NCBI RefSeq assembly: GCF_006345805.1
Contig: NC_042998.1
Location: forward strand, 182,342,001-182,406,000
Reading direction: 5' to 3'
Source of the DNA: Octopus sinensis
Taxonomy: Eukaryota
Length of the DNA stretch: 64,000 bases
Shown: one piece after another, positions 12,850 to 26,489 of the stretch
Numbering within the stretch: position 1 is the stretch's first letter
Layout: each line of letters starts with the position of its first letter
The notes under the pieces: model-generated
The model's database searches: none
What the model saw: only the letters and a program-made list of their open reading frames with translations
What the model was told of the DNA's origin: nothing
Program-made: the position numbers and the translations under genes

Positions 12850-13205
12850 GAATCTTATTGAAATGGATTTCCGTCCGTTTCTACGATGAGCGATCCAACC
12901 GTTCGATTAACGGAAAGACCTACCCATTGAATTAACTTGTAATTTGGCTCGGTGTTCCACAGTTGCGTGTACCCATGACGTAATTCTCAGGGAAAGTTAG
13001 CGTGGCGGTATATAGCAAGGAATTACAAGGTCAGTCTAACCGTCGAGCTTCCGCACAGATTCCTTCCTTCCAGTTTTACTTACAAGGCGAGGGATGAGAC
13101 CTGAGACTGTAGAAACAGACAGTTGTCTCAGATGCCAAGTCGTGAAATCGAATTTAAAACCTCATGATTGCGAAGCGAATCTCTCAACCATTCGGCTCTG
13201 CTTGC
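12850..13205 (-). mobile_element. Old diverged SINE carrying tail X
   Basis: Degenerate match to the tail of 19383-19707 (GTGTACCC.T.ACGTA.TTCTC.GGGA). Confidence 0.6.
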
Positions 13206-14891
13206 GTACCATTAAACAAAATAAGCACGCGCTACAATTTATATCTAACGCCCCAACTTCAACCTACACCACAGTTACAACTCACATCACATATCCAATC
13301 TAAAAATTTTTGAAGGGAGCAATTATCCGGGGCCGGTTGTGTTCTAGAGGCAATTGTCAAGGGAGTAATTTCTCCATGGGCAATTGTCCTAAAAACCTTC
13401 TGATGCTGTTTTACTTTTTCACAATTTCCTGTTTAATGTTTATGATTTTCTTATTTTCTTTCTCTCTTTCTGCTTCCACCCATTTTTCATCTTAAGGCTT
13501 TCCTTCACTGTTGTTGATGTACTTGGAAATAAAATAATGTGACCTACACTTTATAGTTAATTGTTCGTAGTTTTTCAATGATTTTGTCGCCACTTTGTAA
13601 TAATTTTTCTAGCCAAAGAAATGACAAAATTACAGGGTATTCTAGATTTCAATAGAAGTGATCTTCGTTCCGGTACAAATCCAGATGTTCGCCTGGAGAA
13701 AGTCATAACTCACTTTCAGCCTTTCAGTCAGCGTAAAATTGAAGACACCGAAATGTTTAGTATCGGATTGTAGTAGAGAAATTGCATTTAATAGTTAAAC
13801 ATCAATTACGATGTTCAGAGAAGAGGGTTTATATAACCGAGATCGTTAATCAACTCAACGTTGTTTAAGGAAGGTTAGACTGTCAAGTCGAATACGTACT
13901 AACTAAACTTTGACCATGATGCCAATAAAGAAATAAATATATACCGGTTGAGCAATGACCATTTCTGTCATTGGACAGCGTGATGAAGGTGATACAATCT
14001 ATAAAATGCTGAAGTGTGAAGGAGTATTGTTTGGTCATCTGGTGCAATCTTCTCGATTACAGGGCATGATAAGGAGGAGGCTGTTAGTGATAATGATAAA
14101 TTACTGAAATCTCTTCCTATCCTGTCGCTATTTTATTTATCTTAGCTGGTTTATTTAAAAATACGAAAATTCATGTATATGCTAGAAACTAGAAATTTAT
14201 TGTCTGTAATTTTTCTGTCTTGTTTACCAAATGTTTGAGTTGAGTTATTATAGCTGATATTGTTGTGATTTATTCACAAGTCGACTCTTGCATAATTTCT
14301 TAGACGTAATAAACACAGGATTGCATTTGTCCAATGTTTTCTGCCTAGATTGTTTCAAAATCAAAAAGATATAATTACTGTTCATATTAAAGAAATCTAA
14401 CTCTTACTATTCTGCGACAAAACGCGCCAAAACTCTGTTTCCTGGTATTCTTAAATATAATAATATGTCTAAATCTGTACAATGAAGGTTACTTTTCCAG
14501 TACAAGATTAAAAAATACAACACTTTTGTTCAGTTTCTGATACTGTATGAAGTCCAATATGATCCAAAATGACGATCAGGATGTTACAACTGTTACGTAT
14601 ACAAACATCCAAGATCACATAAAAAGAAAGTTAATTGCCCTATTTGCGAATAGACCAACACACTACAGCTTTGGGTCCATTGTGGAATTTCCTCCTCCAT
14701 CTGCCTAATTGCCGCCATTATGCTTCCCTGCACTAGTTAGTTGCATAGCAATTGCACCTATACCTACCTGAAATAATCTCTTATTTTCTTGCGGCAAGTC
14801 TATAGTGTAACACTCCTAACTCGGCTCTCACCACAAACCCAAATGACTCCTCTTTAGAAATATATTGCTCAAAAGCTCTCCATGCCCACGC

Positions 14892-14922
<31 letters not shown>

Positions 14923-15203
14923 GCCCACATCTGGGTCATATTTGATGAAGCAAGCCGAGGGTCAAAGGCGTTTCACGCATGACAATCTTATTATTATTTT
15001 TTTTTGTTTTGATCAAACTCGACTTTTAGTTTAAAGACGTTGGGATGCGTTATAAGGGATATTTAGTTGCTGTTCTCAGCAGGTCGAGCGACTACGAAGA
15101 AGATCTCTCTATCCCCGCTAAAATTTCAAGATCCATATTAAATTACCGCTTCCAGCTACGGGACCATGCTGCTGTTGTTAAACGTATTGCATACATACAA
15201 GTT

Positions 15204-15257
<54 letters not shown>

Positions 15258-15397
15258 CGTGTGTATGTGAGTGTGTGTGTGTATGTATGTTTGTATGTAT
15301 GTATGTATGTATACATGTGTTTGTATACACGCATATATGTATATATATGTACGTGTGTGGGTGTGTGTGCGTGTGTGTGCGTGCGTGTGTGTGTGTG

Positions 15398-15439
<42 letters not shown>

Positions 15440-16099
15440 CGTGCGTGTGTGTGTGTGTGGTGTGTGTGTGTGTGTGTGTGCATATAGATAGGTATGTACA
15501 GTAAATAACGATGCAGACAGTCGTATTGCTCTCATGAACAACAGTGTCTTGCAACCCCTATCAGTTTTCAGAGAGCATTGTTTACAAAGCTGCTAGTTAG
15601 GGAAATAAAGGGAGAGAGGAAACATGACGACAGGTCAAAGACAGACAGACAGACAGAAAGAAAGAAGAAAGAAGAAAGAAAGAAAGAAAGAAAGAAAGGA
15701 AGGAAGGAAGGAAGCACAAGCAAGGAAAATACATAGTAGAAAAGAAAGAGAGAAAGAACGAATGGAATGAAAAGAACTGGCGGTGGGGGGTAGTGGAGAG
15801 GAGAAGGGAGAAGCCTTCGCTGTATCTTTAGCGATGAATTTATAGGTTTATGATGTTTTCTTTCGCTTAATGTCAATATTTTCTTCACGGGTGTCTGAGA
15901 AATTCTCACATTTAAATGATTAACTGTTATTTTCCCTCGCAATAACATTTGTCTTCTTTTCCATATTTAACACACCCCGAACATTTATTTACACTGCTTA
16001 CATTTTAACATCTTGTCGATAAAATAAAATAATAAAGACAATTTACACTTTTATATTTAAGCACGCACACACACACACACACATACACACACACACACA

Positions 16100-16137
<38 letters not shown>

Positions 16138-16618
16138 TATGTGTATGTGTTGGAGTGTATTAGTGTATGTGTGTGTAGATTGATACACATACACCACTCA
16201 TAAGTGCGTGTGTGTAAACGTATGTAAGTGTGTGTGTGTGTGTGTGTGTGTATGAGAGAGAGAGAGAGGAGAGAGAGAGAAGGAAAGAAATTTGCATTGA
16301 ATCAATGTAGCCATTATTATGTAGTACAGTAAAACTAAATAGAATACATATATGCATGTATGTATGCATGTGTGTGTGTATGTATACATGTATGTGTGTG
16401 TATGTATGTGTGTGTATGTATGTGTGTGTGTATGTATGTATGCATGTATGTATGTATGTATGTATGTATGTATGTGTGTGTGTACATATGTATGTATATA
16501 TATGTGTGTGTGTATGTATGTATGTTTGTATGTATGTATGTATGTATGTATGTATGTGTGTATGTATCTATGTATGTATGTATCTATCTATCTATCTATT
16601 TATCTACCTACCTATCTA

Positions 16619-17130
16619 CCGTAAATCCTCGAGTATAGTCCGCCCTTGAGTATAATACGCGGGGGATTTTTAGGGGGCAGTACCTCTGAAAAACCTAAAC
16701 CTTGTGTATAATACGAACCCCTTCTCTAACTTGAGTCAAGGAGGTCTATATAACGTCCTTGGTATGTAAAAATGAATACGGTAACATCCTTTATTATTAT
16801 TGTACATATAACATAATGCAAACATGTAGCTTTTTTGTGCATTTTGTTTGCAGAAAATAAAGAAATAACAGTAATAACATTTAATAAATGTTGCTTACTG
16901 CAAGTTATGGATGATTATTTTATGACTTCATTGCTTTCAGGCTTAGCTTAAGGTATTTTCGCGCCCGACATCACGAAATGCGTCTGAATAAACATTGCCA
17001 GACAACAAATAGAGACTCGGACATTGCTTAGAAAATAATTTTCATTTTTAACCTCGTATATAGTACGCACTAGGGATTTTGACCTTTAAATTTTGAGAAT
17101 AAAATGCGGATTATACTCGAGGATTTACGG
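16619..17130. mobile_element. Tc1/mariner-pogo-type MITE, 512 bp
   Basis: 25-bp TIR CCGTAAATCCTCGAGTATA(G/A)TCCGC (24/25 match), TA on both flanks. Confidence 0.9.
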
Positions 17131-17212
17131 TACCTATGTATGTATGTATGTATGTATGTATGTATGTATGTATGTATGTATGTATGTATGTATCTATCTA
17201 TCTATCTATCTA

Positions 17213-17268
<56 letters not shown>

Positions 17269-17373
17269 GCTAGCTAGCTAGCTAGCTATCTATCTATATA
17301 GTATACTACAAATAATATAGGTGACTTATTAGCAATTTAACAACCTAAAGGCAAAATTATAGACGTCATTAAA

Positions 17374-17872
17374 GTGACAGAGGGTACTAAGTAATATAAG
17401 CATCGCAAGAAATAAGAGTCAAAACAACTCAATACCGACCGATACCACTATTTTAATGGCTGATAAGAGAGCTAAGCTCCCCACAACAGCGGATATATTC
17501 AGATCACCGGTGAATTCGAATTTTGTTGCTAGAGCATCTTAATTCCTATCGGTGACTCTTACCGCCCGTAGGGTTGAACTCAACTCATGTCAGTTTATAA
17601 GAAAACCGTTGAACCCATACGCTGGTTTCAAAAACGGTAAAACTCAAAACTACAAATAATATGGATGGCTTATTTCAACGGATATTTTATGAATTGACGA
17701 GGTGAGTTCAGTTCAACCGTAGCCACCGACTAGAGTTGAGATGCTCTAGTATCAACATTCGACATTGGAAATCACCGGTGATCTGGACACATTCGCTCCC
17801 TTGTCAGTCATTGGGTATTAAGTTGTTTTGACTCTTATTTCTAGCAATACTGCTACTACTTAGTTTCCTTTG

Positions 17873-17876
<4 letters not shown>
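17374..17876. mobile_element. ~500-bp degenerate palindromic (foldback) element
   Basis: Three collinear blocks of inverted similarity (AGAAATAAGAGTCAAAACAACT, CAGATCACCGGTGA, GGTTGAACT...CCGTTGAA) around a ~60-bp loop; terminus shared with 33434-33531. Confidence 0.8.
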
Positions 17877-17941
<65 letters not shown>

Positions 17942-17970
17942 GTACGTATGTATGTATATATATATATATG

Positions 17971-18172
17971 CCGGGCGAAATGCTTAGCGGTATTTCGTCT
18001 GCCGTAACGTTCTGAGTTCAAATTCCGCCGAGATCGACTTTGCCTTTCGTACTTTCGAGGTCGACAAATAAAGTACTAGTTCCGCACTGGGGTCGATGTA
18101 ATTGACTTAATCCCTTTGTCTGCCCTTGTTTGTCCCCTCTATGTTTAGCCCCTTGTGGGCAATAACGAAATA
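17971..18172 (+). mobile_element. 5'-truncated Meta-like SINE with Tx1-type tail
   Basis: Core plus AGCCCCTTGTGGGCAATAACGAAAT tail, within (TA)n. Confidence 0.85.
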
Positions 18173-18489
18173 TATATATATATATATATATATATAAACA
18201 AGTTATGTACTTTTTCTGTGATGTTTTTGAAAAGAGGTGCGGAATTTACAGTTCTTTAAATAATAATGATAATAATATTTTATAATTATAAAGCTTATAA
18301 GCAACCAGGCCTGTATTGGCTAAAGTTGTAGATGGTAGCACACTGATCAGGAAAACGTAGAGGTGTACGTGCGAGTCCTACGCGTACGGAGTAACCACTT
18401 TTCTCTGTCGAGGGATTATATGCCCCAGTATTAGATTACTTTCTTTAGTCAATACACAGCGATCGTTTATATGCCTTAAGCTTATAAAA

Positions 18490-18535
<46 letters not shown>

Positions 18536-18720
18536 GCAGCTGCACACACACATAGCCGCCACCACCACCCACACCAACCCATATGCGCTCGCGCATTATA
18601 CTTTTTATAATATATGATAACAGTGATTTCGATGTCTCAGCCTGCGAAAAAGTATTGAGTAATCCTTCAGTGTAATGTAATTTAAAAAAAAAATTATGAC
18701 CCGGCATAAAAAAAACATTA

Positions 18721-18753
<33 letters not shown>

Positions 18754-18836
18754 CATACATACATACATACATACATACATACATACATACATACATACAT
18801 ACATGCATATATACGTATATGCATATATACGTATCA

Positions 18837-19066
18837 GGCAGCGAGCTGGTAGAAACGTTAGCACGCCGGGCGAAATGCGTTGCCGTATTTCGTCTGCCGT
18901 TACGTTCCGAGTTCAAATTCCGCCGAGGTCGACTTTGCCTTTCATCCTTCCGGGGTCGATAAATTAAGTACCAGTTACGCACTGGGGTCGATGTAATCGA
19001 CTTAATCTGTTTGTCTGTCCTTGTTAGTCCTCTCTGTGTTTAGCCCCTTGTGGGTAGTAAAGAAAT
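18837..19066 (+). mobile_element. Full-length Meta-like SINE with Tx1-type tail
   Basis: Complete head/core/tail; TSD-like ATATATACGTAT on both sides. Confidence 0.9.
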
Positions 19067-19168
19067 ATATATACGTATATGCACATATATAAACGCTTAG
19101 ATGCATAAATACATACACACACACACACACGCACACACACACACACGCACACACACACACACACACAC

Positions 19169-19213
<45 letters not shown>

Positions 19214-19382
19214 GGATAATATCGATATTTAAATATCGATCTTATCAAGTGGCCAGCATGGGAATAAATACCATACAAAGGTAATAATTATTTAAAACTA
19301 TAAATTAGGGTATCTGGGAGATACCACCATGCTGAAATAGCAGCCAAAACCCTGACCCTAAAGCCACATTAAATGTTCATAT

Positions 19383-19707
19383 CTTCTAGACTCCGCCGGT
19401 TACGACGACGAGGGTCCCAGCTGATACGATCAACGGAACAGCTTGCTCGTGAAATTAACGTGCAAATGGCTGAGCATTCCACAGACACGTGTACCCTTAA
19501 CGTAGTTCTCGGGATAATCAGCGTGACACAGAGAGTGACAAGGCTGACCCTTTGAAATACAAGTACAACTCATTTTTGCCAGCTGAGTGGACTGGAGCAA
19601 CGTGAAATAAGTGTCTTGCTCAAGGACACAACGCGTCGCCGGGAATCGAACTCACAACCTTACGATCATGAGCCGAATGCCCTAACCACTAAGCCACGCG
19701 CCCTCAC
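19383..19707 (-). mobile_element. Full-length CORE-like SINE (head B + tail X)
   Basis: tRNA head GGCGCGTGGCTTAGTGGTTAGG; 12-bp TSD AAATGTTCATAT. Confidence 0.9.
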
Positions 19708-19938
19708 AAATGTTCATATAGCGCTCGGAGAGTAGACAGAGAGACAAAATATAACTATCAAAAAAGATTTTTCTGGATAATTCAAGATCCTGGATTTCTG
19801 ACTTTGCATAAGAGAAGCTCTGCCTTCGTCTGTTGAATATACCAGATAGCACATAAATACGACGCTAATGTATAGCTTCACCGCGTATGTACTAGCAAAA
19901 ATGCCTGTGTGCAACAAACTTGAAAAAAATTGTCTTAC

Positions 19939-19953
19939 CTCCAGGGAGAACAT
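19939..19953 (-). CDS. Candidate 15-nt microexon
   Basis: TATTTCATCTTTCAG|ATGTTCTCCCTGGAG|GTAAGA: strong acceptor and donor, frame-preserving, open in all phases. Confidence 0.33.
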
Positions 19954-20059
19954 CTGAAAGATGAAATACCTAGAAAGGGATAATGTGGGACCGGCTTCAG
20001 ATTTTTCAAGATATGTCTGCACACATATACTTGATTTATCTTCATCAACCAACATATAC

Positions 20060-20120
20060 CCGACAACATTTCAGATGTTGCCACATTAATGCCAATACAC
20101 TCAACTGAAACGCCAAAACG
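20060..20120 (-). CDS. Candidate exon (61 nt, phase 0-1)
   Basis: Acceptor TTCTCGTTCTGTCAG, weaker donor CGG|GTATAT; RFGVSVECIGINVATSEMLS. Confidence 0.18.
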
Positions 20121-20355
20121 CTGACAGAACGAGAACAGTGAAGAAGTTTCAATAAAAATAGTAATGCAATACGAGAGGGAAAATTATACATAGAAGTAAA
20201 TATATGGCACAACGAAGTACCGATATTTACAGGAAATTAGCGAACGTAATAAATACAGAACATACGTTATACTTACATATACGAACGCTCATACATACAT
20301 GTATATGCACGTATGTACAAGACCAGCTTAAATTGCCCGCCTAACAGGTCTCTCT

Positions 20356-20463
<108 letters not shown>

Positions 20464-21202
20464 ATATATATATATATATATATGCATTATGTGTACAGAT
20501 GAGAGGAGACGTGGCCTAGTGGTTAGGGTGTTGCACACATGATCATGAGACAGTGAGTTCGATTTGGGAACCGAATGGTGCGTTGTGTTCTTGAGCAAAC
20601 CACTTCATCGCACGTTGCTTTGCGCTCACTGCGGCAACTAATTTGATTGCGGAGCCAAGTTAATGCACAACGCGGACATTTTCATCACTATAAACAACTC
20701 ATCTGTGCAGATTGTTCATCAAAAAATTGCAGCACCATCTTTCTCGGACTCTACAGACAACAAAAGATATGTATGTGTGTGTGTGTACAAATATACAAAA
20801 ATATACATGTATTTATTCATATTTACATGCATATACGCATGAACGCGCACGTGCTATCTCAGGTTTATTAACGGGAGAGTAAACGTGTACGCAATATACG
20901 GCAAAAAATATGATATTTTGACTTAAATTCTTGTCCTGTCACGAGTCTCACGCTAAAACGATCGTACATACACACACACATACATACATACATACATACA
21001 TACAAACATACATACATACATACATACATACATACATACATACATACATACATACATGTGTGTGTGTATAAACAAGTTCTGTATTTTTTCTGTGATATTT
21101 TTGAAAAGAAGTGCGGAATTTACAGTTCTGTAAGTAATAATAATATTTTATAAGCATAAAGCTTATAAGCAATCACCGTGTATTGGCTAATGTTGTTATT
21201 AT

Positions 21203-21756
21203 GTCATTATCCAGTTTATTTCAAGATTTCTTGCTAATAGAGAAGGAGCCGGTTTCTAACCTAGATCCAAGGCTCCTTCATTGGAATTTCAAAAACATCG
21301 ACAGTGCTTTGTTGTATGTATGTATGTATGTATGTGTATGTATGTATGTATGTATGTATGTATGTATGTATGTATGTATGTATGTATGTATTACGTACCT
21401 ATGTATGTGTATACGTACGTACGTATGTATGTGTGTCTGTATGTATGTACATTTTATGTATGCATTTTCATGCATATAGTTACATATCTAGACATGCTCA
21501 TATATATTTAGATGATAAACTTCTGGAAAGTTTTACAGATTTTTACAGTTTCAGTGATGGATTGGATCTGTAGTCTTCGAATTAGCTTTCTCCTTTCTGG
21601 TGTTGAGAAGCCTACTTTCTCAAGATTGGTATTTAGGCAGTATGTTACATATCCCAAGACCACAACAATTACAGGTATAAACCTGAAGTTGTAATCTGGA
21701 TAGAGTAACTGCAGATTTCTCAATAGTTCAGCATAGGTGTTCTCTTTTTCACTGAT
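21203..21756 (-). pseudogene. 3' fragment of an RLE-type (R4/HERO-like) non-LTR retrotransposon
   Basis: ISEKENTYAELLRNLQLLYPDYNFRFIPVIVVVLGYV...LQIQSITETVKICKTFQKFII*, i.e. the region after the PD-(D/E)xK nuclease; 5' end abuts (CATA)n. Confidence 0.75.
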
Positions 21757-22596
21757 GTATGTATGTATGTACGTACGTAACTTCTTTTATCTTTCCCCTA
21801 TCGTCTGTTACCATTTTGTCTCCGTAATTTGGTACACACACAATTTTCCCTATCCATCACCAGCCCTAACCCAGTATGCATACATGTCTGCCCGCTGTAT
21901 TATTCTCCCATACACCAAAGCGCAACTTTTTTATATTTCCACGTATTTTATGAATAAATATTTTGTTTTTATGTGCCTGCTCGTGTACCATCCTCAGCCA
22001 TTAATACTTTATTAATGTCTGATTTACGTTATAAACCAACGCATACTATCCTTTATTGTATCCTAACACTTATTACGCTCACGATATTTATATACTAACC
22101 TCTTGCTTTTGACCAAATTTCCACCAATATTTTTACGAATAAACATTCTCTGCAGATTGACTGTTATATAAACATCTGTACTTTCCATTCATTTCTTTTT
22201 ATGTTGTGTTTCTTTATGCTCCCTTTTATCTATTTAAGTGTTACCTCTACGTATTTAGTTGTATTACTGCCTCTTCTTTTTACTCATTTATATCCATGTT
22301 TTATTATTATAAACACGTGAGTGTTTTTGCATGTACTCTCAAGAATCTTGGTTCACGTATCACACGTATACATATATATACATTTATGTTAGGAGGTATA
22401 TTTCTAAAGATCTACAAATTAATGCTTAATATTATGGCGTATTTACGTATATGTGCAGTTTAAACACAATATGTCCTTGCATTTTGCGTCTCTATGCACT
22501 ACTGTACATTATACATGTTCATTCCTACTTTGCTTTTATATGCGCGTATCTTTACACCTGTAGATGTGTGAGAGTATGTACGTATTTTATATGTTA

Positions 22597-22988
22597 CTAG
22601 CAGTATCGCCCGGCGTTGCTCGGGTTTGTAAGGGAAATAACTATATAAGCATTTTTAGAGATGTAAAATATAATAGCCATCACAATATGGCTAACCACAA
22701 AGGGGGTTGTTACTGTAGCTTTTTACGTTCTGAGATTTAATAAATTTTTAGAGAGTTACTTCCCTTATATATGCCAAAAATGCATTAAAAATGGGAAAAA
22801 TTGATGGTAATTTTTTTTTTAAATCGTAGACTCATCGTAGACGCGCGCTAATATCCAGAAGGGCTCGATATGAAATACGACTATAAGATACCTGGTTTTG
22901 GTTAAACTGCACCGCAAAATGTGGGATTAGTTAGGAATCTAAATCGTAGGAGACAGACAGCACACAACCTCTCTTTTATATATAAAGA
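22597..22988 (-). mobile_element. Non-autonomous Helitron, 392 bp
   Basis: 5' TC, 3' hairpin CCCGAGCAACGCCGGG plus CTAG, inserted between A and T, no TSD. Confidence 0.85.
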
Positions 22989-23002
22989 TTATGTAGGGAT
23001 GT

Positions 23003-23220
23003 AAGGCGGCGAGCTGGCAGAATCGTTAGCACGTCGGGCCTAAAGCTTAGCAGCATTTCGTCTGTTTTTACGTTCTGAGTTCAAATTCCGGCGAGGTCGA
23101 CTTTGCTTTTCATCCTTTCGGGGTCGGTAAACTAAGTACCAGCCAAGTACGGGGGACGATGTAATCGATTTTCCCTCCCCAGCAAATTTCAGGACTTGTG
23201 CCTATAGAAGAATGGATTAT
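23003..23220 (+). mobile_element. Meta-like SINE with TTA-type tail
   Basis: GGCGGCGAGCTGGCAGAATCG head, core, TTTCAGGACTTGTGCCTATAGAAG tail. Confidence 0.8.
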
Positions 23221-23554
23221 GTAGGAATGTCTTTTAATGTATCTCCAAAAATAATATGTAGGTGGACATATGCGTGTATACTTATTTCAATACGTTGCAT
23301 ATTGATATTTATTTTAATCAGTATTTTAATTAATATTTCTAATTAATATTTATGTTACATATTATATTTATTTTTATGTATACTCGCATGGAACGTCAGT
23401 GTATGTGTCGTTGCTTATCATAATGTGTACGTGGCTATAGACGTCTATGTACGCATAAACATATGTAAGAATGTATAGTTTTCCACTTAAAGGCATGTAT
23501 GTGTATATCTTTGTTTTTATCTTTGTTTTGATTTTTTTTTTTACTTATTTCCGT

Positions 23555-24041
23555 AATTAGATTGCGGTCATGCTGGGGCACCGCTCTGAGGAATTTTAGC
23601 CGAATGAATCGACTTTAGGACTTATTTTTTAAAGTCAAACGGTCACTTTAGCCGAACCGCTAGGTTACGGGGATGCAAACACACCAACACCGGTTGTCAC
23701 GGTGTGGTAGAAGTAAACACAGGTTCAACGACACACACACAAACACATTCTGTGTTGTGTCGAAAACCAGCTGGAAAAAATGTTTTCCTGGGCTTAAAAA
23801 GTAGTAACATAGTCCTACTTAGAACTGTCACTTTACGTTGGCAAATAAACTATATTATATACATATATGTATGTATATATACGAGAATAAAAAATAGAAA
23901 ACTCTTCGTACACTATTATATATTTGAAAAATATGAATAGAAATGGCATTTCTGATAATTTTTCTACTTTAATAATTACATGTTTATAAGTTTATGTAAT
24001 TATTAAAGTGGAAAAATCAGAAACGCCACTTCTATTCATAT

Positions 24042-24083
<42 letters not shown>

Positions 24084-24421
24084 ATACATACACACATACT
24101 TTCGGTATTAAATTGCATCTGCTTATATAAAAGGTTTCAATATAATTCTTCCATTTTTTACTTGTTTCAGCCATTAGGCTGCACCCATACTGGGGCATCG
24201 CTTTTAAGAATTTTTAGTCAAACAAATCGACTCCAGTACTTTTTTCTAAAACCTGGTACTTATTCTATCGCACTGTTTTGCTGAACCGCTAGGTTACGGC
24301 AACATTAACACAGCAACACTGGTTGTCAAGCATTGGTGAGGAACAAACACAAAGGCACAAACACGCACATTCACTCACACACACACACACATACACACAC
24401 ACTCACACACAAACAAACACA

Positions 24422-24470
<49 letters not shown>

Positions 24471-24472
24471 CT

Positions 24473-24505
<33 letters not shown>

Positions 24506-24670
24506 GCGCACACGTATGGTGGGCTTCTTTCTACTAATTCAACTCACAAGGCTTTGGGCAGCTCGAGTCTATATTTGAAGGTACCTGCTCAAGGTGCCAT
24601 TCAGTGGACCCGAACCCAGAACCATGTGGCTGGGAAGCAAACTTCTTGCCACACAGCTACGCCTGCGCCT
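23555..24670 (-). mobile_element. Fragments of a CORE-like SINE family with internal SSR and CR1-type tail (two copies)
   Basis: Tails at ~23560 and ~24165 (GGTGCCCCAGCATGACCGCA-like on minus); head at 24520-24665; same layout as 52485-52950. Confidence 0.65.
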
Positions 24671-24728
24671 AGGGAGAGATAAGGGAGAGAGGGAGAGAGA
24701 GTGATTGAGAGAGAGAGAGAGCGAGAGA

Positions 24729-24814
<86 letters not shown>

Positions 24815-26377
24815 TGTAAATATCAATGTTGTGTTTTTTTGGGAGGATTACAGCCTGCGTTTGCAAATATATTCGTTTGACCAGTCTTTTGTTATTATTA
24901 CCGGGAAAAGATTTTCATTAAAAAACCTGGCAAGTGCACAGACATGTCTCCTTCCTCTTCCTAAAACTTAAATTACTCTCCTTAAATAACCCATCCAGCT
25001 TCTTAGACATCCCTATGTTTTAAGATTCGCTAGCCAAGAATAATTAAAGTATGTCTTTCCATTTCCACTAAATAATCTTATTGACATATGTATACCTTTT
25101 TATTGAATGAAGGTTGAGGCAAACTCTTCATCACCGCCGCACTAACAGCTTCTAACCATACATGCACATACACACGTACACACATATACACACAAACACA
25201 AACACACACACACATACACATATGTACATATAGATGCGTATACATACATGTATACCTGTATATTTACGTGTGTGTATGTATACTTACATATATGTATGCA
25301 TATATATATATATACACACGTGCAAAAGCATACATACATAGACACAAAAAGTTCATTAGATATGTGTGTATGAATATACATACATACATACAACACACAC
25401 ACACACACACATATATATATGTATATATATATAATAAATCTCTGAACTTCACTATGTATGTATATATATATATATATATATATATACAAACGTACATGTA
25501 TATATAGATATACATACACACACACATATATATACATATATGTATGCATAAATATACGTATATATATATACATACATATACATATATACATACATATACA
25601 TACACATATACAAACACATATATATATATACACACACATACATATATATATATACATACATATACTTATATATACATATATACATACATATACTTATATA
25701 TACATATATACATATATATACTTATATATATATAAATATACATACACACACATATATATATATACATATATGTATGCATAAATATACGTATATATATATA
25801 TACATACATATACATATATATACATATACATACACATATACAAACATATATATATACACACATACATATACATATATACATACATATACTTATATAATAT
25901 ATATATATATATTATATATATATATTATATATATATATATATTATATATATTATATATTATATATATATAGATATATATATATACACGCACACACACAGA
26001 CACACACACACACACACATAGATGATTTTTTCATTTCACTTGTCCTTTCCTTCTTTCTCGTTGACCTTTTCATTTCCCTCCACTCCTGCTTTCTGTTTTA
26101 TTTCTCCTCTCCTAAGCCTCTTATTTTATAACTAAATATTTGATTATTCTCTTGTCTTTTATTTTATAGTTCTGATTTATTATTGCTCTATTTGAAATTA
26201 CTCCTATTTAATATCATCAGTTTTCTTCTTTTATTATTATTATTTTTTTTTTGTGATGTAGTGGGTTTCATTTTTCGTTTTAGTTTTTTAAAATTTTGTT
26301 TTGAAATTTACTATCTGACGGTGTTTGGTTCTTATCTAATTATTTTAGTTTGTTTTTCTGCTTATTTTACTCCATAC

Positions 26378-26489
26378 CGTTACCATTTTTCTTATTGGTT
26401 TTTCTCGATTAAGGCTGTTTATTTTCATGTGCTTGAGTGTTTTAACTCGCGGGCATTGAGAGACATTCCCCTTTCTCGTTCGAAGCCGC
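26378..26489 (-). CDS. Candidate exon (112 nt, phase 2-0)
   Basis: Moderate acceptor AAACTTCAG, donor ACG|GTATGG; one frame open. Confidence 0.15.
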
